A stretch of DNA of 64,000 nucleotides from Octopus vulgaris (taxonomy: Eukaryota), in NCBI GenBank assembly GCA_951406725.2, contig OX597815.1, positions 18,290,001-18,354,000 of the forward strand, read 5' to 3'. Shown one piece after another: positions 54,449 through 64,000 of this stretch (position 1 is the first letter of the stretch; each line of letters begins with the position of its first letter). A program made the position numbers and the translations under genes. The notes beneath the pieces were generated by a model, which saw only the letters and a program-made list of their open reading frames with translations, was not told where the DNA came from and did not search any database.

Positions 54449-55578
54449 AGGTAATGATCCATATTTAATTTTAACGAATGAGCTTGCTTGCACAGCTATT
54501 TTACACTGAAATATGAACGGCTGGGATAGATTACAACTCAATGGCTCTTCATGCTCCTTATGTAATTATTCAAGTGATCGTACCTAACATGTCTGTAGAA
54601 TTTTTAAAGATCATGATTAACTTCAAAACTCCACAGGAATTTCTGTTGAAAGTTTCGCGACGGACACAGATTATCTATCTTGCCATGGTGTATGTTGTAG
54701 TAATACACGAACAAGTCACGTACTTGGTTTCTGATACGATCGTCTCTAAACTGCTGTTTCTATGCAACGAAGAAGATGACTTATTTATTATTTACTTATG
54801 TTGCTAGGCTTAAAATTCATGTCAAACATTTAGGGAAAGTAATCCTCAGAAGAGCGAATCAATAAATTACTATGCGCACATGACTGACTTTGAAGTCTAT
54901 ATATATATATATGAACGAGTGCGAGCGCACGTGTGCGTGCATGCATGTGTTAATGTGTATGTTTACGTATAAATGTCTGCCTGGTTGTACCTTATACCAC
55001 ATTATTAATATAATTAATGTTTGTTTTGAATGGCTTCAGGTGTAACCCAAATTTATTTCTGTAAAAGAACAGTGATAGAAATGCAGAAATTTGATAATAA
55101 AAAAGTCACATAAATCCGTAAGAAACACAGATATTCAGAATAAGAAAGCAGATCAAAAACTAAAAAAGAAAAAAAAAATCGATCTAAAATGAAGAATTTA
55201 CTTCATTTTATATTCCACATGAAAGTAAATATGAATTCGTTTGTAGTTGTAAATGTAAGCAAAGAAATCACATGGTTAATAGCTAAAAATTCGATTCTTC
55301 TTGGCTTTTCGGTCTATACTGCTACGACTTATTGTACTGACTAAGGCGGGGGGAAAGCAATTTTAAAATTTTGCAAATATTTATTTGCCACATATCGTTC
55401 TTTATATGTAAATGGCTGTATGCAAAAATATTCGCAGAAAAAACCATTATCACACATAGATGCATGCACACACACATACATACGCATACATAAATTGTGA
55501 AATATATGCATATATGTATATTTGTACGTACATAAACACACCCACGCAACCGCAATCGTGAGTGTGTGTCTATATATG

Positions 55579-55631
<53 letters not shown>

Positions 55632-55644
55632 ATACAAATACACG

Positions 55645-55691
<47 letters not shown>

Positions 55692-55808
55692 GTTATTTGC
55701 TTGCGTGAATATGCGAGAGTAATCTCTCTTGATTCTACTAATTGAAATTAGGTAAAAAAAGAAACAAAAAACATCTAAAATCTAAAGAGATAATGTGTAG
55801 TATGACGT

Positions 55809-55839
55809 TATTATTATCATATCATTATTATTATTATCA

Positions 55840-55933
<94 letters not shown>

Positions 55934-55938
55934 CATCA

Positions 55939-55981
<43 letters not shown>

Positions 55982-56046
55982 CATCATTATCATTATTATT
56001 TTCATTATTATTATCATTATTATTTTATCATTCATCATCATCATCA

Positions 56047-56077
<31 letters not shown>

Positions 56078-56106
56078 CATTATCATCATCATCATCATCA
56101 TCATCA

Positions 56107-56182
<76 letters not shown>

Positions 56183-56210
56183 TATTATTATCATCATTAT
56201 CATTATTATT
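55809..56210. repeat. (TAT)n/(CAT)n microsatellite
   Basis: Direct reading. Confidence 0.95.
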
Positions 56211-56444
56211 CAACAGATGCCCCATATTATCGATTTGTCTGGTTGGTTATTAAAATGATTGTAGAAAGATCAATTTAGAACTGTTGGTAGAATTAAGTTA
56301 AGATTCCGTCTCTTTCTCTTTTTACTTTGATGAGATTTTCTTTATTTCTTCCAGGATAGCATTAAAAATATTTTTTAATAATTTTTATCAGTCCTTTCTG
56401 CATATTGTTATGTGCACAAAAATAGATATGCGTAAATGTGTAAT

Positions 56445-56677
<233 letters not shown>

Positions 56678-57022
56678 TATTATGGATAGATTATAGATCA
56701 TGATAGTCGTATATGTGTGTTTGCAACAATTTATGCTATTATGATATGTATACACCCATATGTACAAATACTCTCTCTCTAAAACTCTTCTTACTCACTC
56801 ACTCACTCACATATTATTACAAAAGTTGTCAAACTTTTTTATTTAGAAATAGTTCATTCACATTATACATACGTATTGAGTGCTTTCTCTAATAATGTTT
56901 TAATGCTCTTATGTTTGACTATGTATTAATAACATACATTAACATCTATATGAATGCATACGTACATACATATATGTTTTATTAATGCATACGTCTATCC
57001 ATATGCATAGCTGTATGTTGTA

Positions 57023-57064
<42 letters not shown>

Positions 57065-57799
57065 CATTGGTTTTGTGTATACATGTGTCAGACGAAAAAA
57101 AAACTTTCGCAAGATTAGTAAGAAAAATAATGAGAGAACATCTGTGATATACACAATTTTTTTTTTATCTAAAATTGAGCGGAGAATATAGCAACACAAG
57201 TGAGGGTTTATTGTTTAACCCGCCTTTCCCAAATTAGATATGAATGCACATTTCTTTATTGCAAATGCAAAAATATACTCCAAAAATTAAATATATTCAT
57301 GTACGCAATACACACACAGACATACGTTCACACACACACACAAACACACAAACACATACATAATGGATGTATAGAGATCCTATCTAGTAAATAGTTTTCC
57401 CAATGTATAATTTAGTCTCGACCGTTGTGCGCCATTATTTTCTAAATTATAATTCTAGGTTTAGTTGCGAACGTATTTTACATCGGTTGCTTGGTATTGT
57501 AAATAAAAAGATAAAAATATATAGAACATTACGAATTTTCATTTTAATGATATATATTTATTCACTAAATACTAGAAAGAAAGAATAATATATACCCCTT
57601 TATCTATCATGTACCCCATACTCACACACACCATGCACATATATACATATATAGATATATCTATATATATATACACACATATATATATACATATATACAC
57701 ACATACACAAACATATATATACATATACATAAGTTAACTTCACTTAACTTATATATACATATATGTGTGTGTGCGTGTGTGTCTATCTATATATATAAA

Positions 57800-57940
57800 A
57801 GTTAATCCAAACATGAAAATACAAAGAGAAAACACAACAACGCTAGGACGTGGAACAAGTATAGTGTTATTGGACGCTCAGGAAAGGAAAGAAAGAAGGC
57901 GGATTTAACGTTTCGAGCGGAGCTCTTCGTCAGAAACAGA
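57800..57940 (-). mobile_element. short Penelope-like non-autonomous element
   Basis: Close match to 352-492; inserted in TA-rich repeat; carries a hammerhead core. Confidence 0.7.
57903..57937 (-). ncRNA. minimal type I hammerhead ribozyme motif
   Basis: GUUU CUGACGA A GAGC UCC GCUC GAAAC GUU AAAU: intact CUGANGA and GAAA boxes, 4 bp stem II, palindromic ACGU in place of stem III, short stem I. Confidence 0.65.
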
Positions 57941-58429
57941 TATATCTATATACACATATATATTCATATATGTAAATGTGTGTCTGTAATTTGTGTTAGA
58001 TAAAAAAAAAAAAACAATAAATACATTGTGCACGTACTGCATGTTCAACGTGAATTTATACACGAATAACAAGAATGCTCATGAATGCTGTATGTTACAT
58101 AATTGTAATTTTAAATGGTTGCAAAAGATGAGGAACGTACAAATAATACATTGCATTACTTCCTTAACGGATAAGGAATGTACAAAAATACATCTATTAC
58201 GGGTTACAAAGAAAAATGCAGACTACATAAATATATGACATAGCCACATGAAAACCTAGGTTACAGGACTTCTTGAGACAGGTGATATTTATGCAGATGA
58301 TATCTAACCTCAGCACATATGCAAAAAATGTAGATGTGGATGTTTCTGCTGTTTTGATTTGAAGGCTTGCACTAGACTGAAATCTTCTAAAGTTTTCTAC
58401 GAGCTTAAGAACATGAGTACCCGTAAAAG

Positions 58430-58685
58430 CATACATACATACATACATACATACATACATGCATACATACATACATACATACATGCATACATACATACAT
58501 ACATACATACATGCATACATACATACATAAATACATGCATACATGCATGCATACATACATACATACATACATACATGCATACATACATGCATGCATACAT
58601 ACATACATACATACATACATACATACATGCATGCATGCATACATACATTCATACATACATACATAAATACGTACATAAATTCATA
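58430..58685. repeat. (CATA)n/(CATG) microsatellite
   Basis: Direct reading. Confidence 0.95.
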
Positions 58686-59620
58686 CATTCTAGAACACCA
58701 GCTTTAGTCTTACTACACTTTCATTACTTCAATTCTCTGATATGTGGTACTTGGTGAACGAAAGTGTTTGAAGTGGCTGCCCTTATTTGCGTTTCCCGCC
58801 GCTAGGTGGGTTCATCCGGAATACCCGATAGGAAGAAATCCCATTTCGTTATGAAGACACCGACATGCACCCTTTGCAGGCCGCTAGGGCTTTTTGTGAT
58901 GATTTTGAAGAGCTGTTAGCACTTGAAACCTAAGATATTGCAGTATCTGGTCCTCTTTCTTGATGGCAATGTTGAAATCTTTGTCACTATGCAGTGGCAC
59001 TCTATTCTGGTTTTTCTTTAATTTTCAAGGCCAAAGTTTAGTACAAGTCCTTCCAGGATTTTTCAGATGTATAGCACTGCATATCTTTCACACCTTTGTT
59101 CCCGGTAGTAGAGTCTCCATTTACTTCGTCTTTCCCAGTAGATGACCTTTGACATTCAGGAGTTAGATCTTTTCGAGTTTCGCCGTTAATTTAACACTGT
59201 GTGGTGATCATAGCTGGAAGCAAAACTCTTAACAGTTGGAGACATATGTCCTCCAGAGGACCGTCTTGGTTTCTCATTCTCTTGCTCTTAAAATTCTAAG
59301 GATCTATCCGGCCAGTCACCTGCATTTTATTACTGATTTCGTAATATGCGTCTGAAAAGATACATTATTTCTCATGTCAATGTCCCGATCACACACTGAT
59401 TTTAAATATATACATATATATTTGCATGTATATATAGCATGACAGACCTATGACGGGAAAGAAACCATAAGAAATCTCACGGTTGATTCATTGCTTAGTT
59501 TCATCCAGCCTTGAACATAACAGACTACAACATAACCAAATAGTTTTCACCCTGGACCTTCCATATTTTAATCAGGATTGCATCAAAGTGTCTTCCTTTC
59601 TATTTTATTATTATTTATCT

Positions 59621-60003
59621 GGGAAGCACTCCGTCGGTTCCGACGACGAGGGTTCCGGTTGATCCGATCAACGAAACAGCCTGCTCGTGAAATTAACGTG
59701 TAAGTGACTGAGCACTCCACAGACACGTGTACCCTTAACGTAGTTCTCGGGGATAATCAGCGTGACACAGAGAGTGACAAGGCCGGCCCTTTGAAATACA
59801 GGTACAACAGAAACAGGAAGTAAGAGAGAGAGAGAGAGTTGTGGTGAAAGAGTACAGCAGGGATCACCACCATCCCTACCGGAGCCTCGTGGAGCTTTAG
59901 GTGTTTTCGCTCAATAAACACTCACAACGCCGGGTCTGGGAATCGAAACCGCGAACCTACGACCGCGAGTCCGCTGCTCTAACCACTGGGCCATTGCGCC
60001 TCC
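59621..60003 (-). mobile_element. SINE family C, full length
   Basis: Near-identical to 12578-12967; TSD ATTATTTATCT at 59610 and 60006. Confidence 0.92.
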
Positions 60004-60549
60004 TGATTATTTATCTAATTCACTTATGAAAGAAGTTAGGGTTTGAGGGAGCAACAATATATAACTGTTCAGCCGACGCTTAGAGTTCCAGCGTAGTCCA
60101 GTGATTAGTATTCTTTGAGAACGGTTCATTTACGATGCGTAATAACGACACCAATTGCACGATGAAGAACAACGCGAAATCTAAATATGCTACTAATTTT
60201 AAATTTTAAATTTTTATCTATAATTTAAATTTGGCAAGCATCTTTCCTTCGAAAAATAATTGTAATTATTAAATAGTATGGAAAATATCTTCTCATTGCT
60301 TCGTACATTCACAGTTCATTAAAATGATAGAAATGCCCGCTTGATATGATTTCTCTGATACCTTCTTTTACTCCAACATTTAGTTCATGTAAAGATTCAA
60401 TCTGTGCCAAAACTGCAATCATCAAAATCTACCGTTTTTATTATCGAAATTGCCACAAAAATAATCATAATTATTTTTACAGCAGCAAGTGTGTGCGTGC
60501 GTGTGTGTATGCCTGTCTGTGTGAGTATACTAATTCACATATAAATACA

Positions 60550-60910
<361 letters not shown>

Positions 60911-61288
60911 ATTCATAGTCATTTGCAAAGAGGCATACTCACGTACACACATCGTATTGAGTATTGTGTGAATGTGTATGTGTGTGTGAGTATGTGTTTG
61001 AGTGTGTGCATGTGTATTAAAAGGGGAGGTTTTATATAATGATGAAATTTCTACAAATTTAAATTTGTATGCCGATAAGAATTAATGATCTGCGCAGTCA
61101 GCATGTAATAACTGGTTGCAATATTATAGTAGTGACAATGTAAACAACATTAATTATTACTATTTCTGCGTCTGTAAAAAATTCTGCACATTCTGGCGTT
61201 ATTTGTCAAATGATTCGAAAAGGAGAATCCCATAACGGGCAACGCAGCATGTGATACATTGTTAGGACTGTTCCATAGATACTGAAAT

Positions 61289-61700
61289 GGGATATTTTCG
61301 GTTTGAACGGCAGTGTTTAACATAATTTCTAGGTAACTAAAAAATTTTAAACTTCGTATACTGGTAGAATGTGTTTATAAAACATCATTTTCTCTTGGCT
61401 TTCTTGAGAAAATTCTGTAGTTTGTAACATATTTCGTGTTTAATTTCTTGCATTTCGGCAATTCTAACCAATCACTAGCGTCTATTGAGTTAAAAAGCAT
61501 TCTGTGCCGTATGAATATGTCCCTCCTTAAAGAAACAGATATATATATATAGCTCATTTCAGGGATCTTTTCGGTTTGAACGGCAGTTTTTAACATAATT
61601 TCAAGGTAACTAAAAAATTTTAAACTTCGTATACTGGTAGAATGTGTTTATAAAACACCATTTTCTCTTGGCTTTCTTGAGAAACTTCTGTACTTGGTAA
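61289..61700. repeat. ~260 bp unit followed by a partial second copy
   Basis: GGGATMTTTTCGGTTTGAACGGCAG...CTTGAGAAA at 61289 and 61562, separated by a short (AT)n. Confidence 0.85.
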
Positions 61701-61707
61701 TATATAT

Positions 61708-61915
61708 ATAGTGGAAATTTATAGAAAAACAAACGACGAAGACAGGTGTACGAACTACAAGCAAGTGTTTTAGTTTGACGCTCAGAAGGATGAAGAAGTA
61801 TTTTATGTTTCGAGCCTACGCTCTTCAATAGAAAATAATAAGAGAAAAAAATAGAGAGAGAATGATAAAGAATAAAAAAACTAGTAGATTTCAGCGGTCC
61901 AGCGTGGCAAAAATA
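61708..61915 (-). mobile_element. short Penelope-like element with degenerate hammerhead motif
   Basis: Minus 61801-61835: TTTT CTATTGA A GAGC GTAG GCTC GAAAC ATA AAA; shares the GACGCTCAG motif with 352-570. Confidence 0.55.
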
Positions 61916-61925
61916 AATATCTATA

Positions 61926-62087
61926 GGCGTAGGGATGACTGTGTGGTAAGAAGCTTGCTTCCGCAACACATGGCTTCGGGTTGAGTCTCACTGCGTAGAA
62001 CACTGGGCAAGTGTCTTCTACTATAGTCTCGGGCTGACCAAAGCCTTCTGAGTGGATTTGGTAGGCGGAAACAAAGAAACATGTCGT
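61926..62087 (+). mobile_element. SINE family B, 5' half
   Basis: Head and CORE-like region only. Confidence 0.85.
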
Positions 62088-62496
62088 CTCTCTTTCTTTT
62101 TCTCTTTTACTTGTTTCAGTCATTTGACTGCGGCCATTCTGGAGCACCGCCTTTAATCGAGCAACTCGACCCCAGGACTTATTCTTTGTAAGCCCAGTAC
62201 TTATTCTATCGGTCTCTTTTTTGCCAAACCGCTAAGTGACGGGGACATAAACACACCAGCATCGGTTGTCAAGCGATGCTAGAGGGACAAACACAGACAC
62301 ACAAACACACACATATATAAATATATACATATATACGACAGGCTTCTTTCAGTTTCCGTCTACCAAATCCAACCACAAGGCATTGGTCGGCCCGGGGCTA
62401 TAGCAGAAGACACTTGCCCAAGATGCCACGCAGTGGGACTGAACCCGGAACCATGTGGTTGGTTAGCAAGCTACTTACCACACAGCCATTCCTGCG
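62088..62496 (-). mobile_element. SINE family B, full length
   Basis: Reverse complement of the family sequence. Confidence 0.9.
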
Positions 62497-63081
62497 TCTG
62501 TATATATATAATATATACGATTGGCAGATACAAACCTAGATCAGAGAACACTGGCTTAATTCGATCCTAATATTTTCAAGACATGATGGTTCTTTAGATT
62601 GAACTAAAGAATTGATAAGTTTGTTTGATGTGTAGCTTATGTGTTGACATTTCTACATCGATGGGAAACATTCTTTTACTACTTTGTGAAGGAAGAACAC
62701 GGTCACGATCATTCTGAGAACTTCTCAGACTGGAGAGGGGTGGGGGCCGAAAAGCAGTCATTCTCAAGCAACAAATCTTGCTTCAATGCCCCAAATTCTA
62801 AGGCCCATGTGGTATTATTAACCTGGTGACAGTCGAATTCGCAAAATGCAATGTATACGTGACGTAAGCACCGTACTAATGGGTCTAGTAGTTAATTGGA
62901 GTTTCCTCAAAAGATTCTGTTCTTAAACAGAAATCTATGGTTATGAAAAATGCCATTGGTTTTTACGCGATGTTGTTGCTAGGAGTTGGGTGTTTTTATG
63001 CCTTTCGTCTATTATGTTGTGGACTAAAATCGTTATCGACATATTTTATATATTCAATAAAATTGTACCACTTGACATATA

Positions 63082-63487
63082 CTCTTTACTCTTTTACTTG
63101 TTTCAGTCATTTGACTGCGGCCATGCTGGAGCACCGCCTTTAGTCGAGCAAATCGACCCCGGGACTTATTCTTTGTAAGCCCAGTACTTATTCTATCGGT
63201 CTCTTTTGCCGAACCGCTAAGTGACGGGGACGTAAACACACCAGCATTGGTTGTCAAGCAATGTTAGGGGGACAAAGACAGACACACAATCACATACACA
63301 CACAAACATATATATACATATATACGACAGGCCTCTTTCAGTTTCCGTCTACCAAATCCATTCACAAGGCGTTGGTCGGCCCGGGGCTATAGCAGAAGAC
63401 ACTTGCCCAAGATGCCACGCAGTGGGACTGAACCCGGAACTATGTGGTTTGTTAGCAAGCTACTTACCACACAGCCACTCCTGTGCC
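63082..63487 (-). mobile_element. SINE family B, full length
   Basis: Close match to 62088-62496. Confidence 0.9.
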
Positions 63488-64000
63488 TGTGAATATTAGT
63501 TAAAATGTGAATATTAGTTAAAATGAAATTATGCAAAATGGTTTGAAATGCTTAAACAAATTTGCTAGCATTCCATATAGAGTGTGATAAATGACTATCA
63601 CATTACAAATACGTTTCAATATAATTATTATAAAGTAGAGCAATGAGTGGCTTTGAACGAATGTTTGCTGGATGTATGTAAGGTCATTTCACTTAAAATC
63701 ATTAAACTGTAAAACTATATTATTTTCATAGCTTCTCATTTTTTTCTTCTACAATACAAGAATGTTGTGCCTGGTCAAGACAAAAACAATGTTCTCATCA
63801 CCAGCACAAGGCTTCGAGATGTATTTTTATCATTCAGTAAAATAATTTGTTTTTCAAATAGGAAACATTGCTTTGGGTGCTAAACTGCCGGTTAATAAAC
63901 AACAGTTTCGTCAAGACATAAACAATAGATAGGCACGTTTTCGCTGCTCCTATAAGATCTCGGAGTAAATATGACGTCAACGAGATACTATACAAAAAAG

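Noticed and set aside
58760-59260. Possible N-terminal zinc-finger region of an R2/NeSL-like LINE on the minus strand
   Set aside because: Only a fragmentary Cys/GRTC pattern with stops; insufficient without a search
63489-63525. 18 bp tandem duplication GTGAATATTAGTTAAAAT (similar small one at 6176-6205)
   Set aside because: Ordinary local slippage or repair duplication

Overview
AT-rich, microsatellite-saturated eukaryotic DNA. The repeat families resemble those of octopus/coleoid cephalopod genomes (my inference, not a database result). I can support no intact host gene; nearly all listed ORFs are microsatellite translations or decayed transposon fragments, so this looks intronic or intergenic. 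It is a layered transposon landscape: several tRNA-headed SINE families (many with clear target-site duplications), R4/Dong-type and RTE-type LINE remnants, three non-autonomous Helitrons, a mariner fragment, MITE-like foldbacks, and short Penelope-like elements in TA/CA microsatellites. Most interesting signals: (1) a dispersed set of minimal hammerhead-ribozyme motifs with covarying stem II, one with an intact core at 57903-57937 (minus strand); (2) SINE copies present as head-to-tail multimers with a fixed junction inside one TSD; (3) an RTE insertion whose 5' leader is inverted against its 3' end inside one TSD. Element boundaries were read by eye and are approximate unless a TSD or terminus is quoted.
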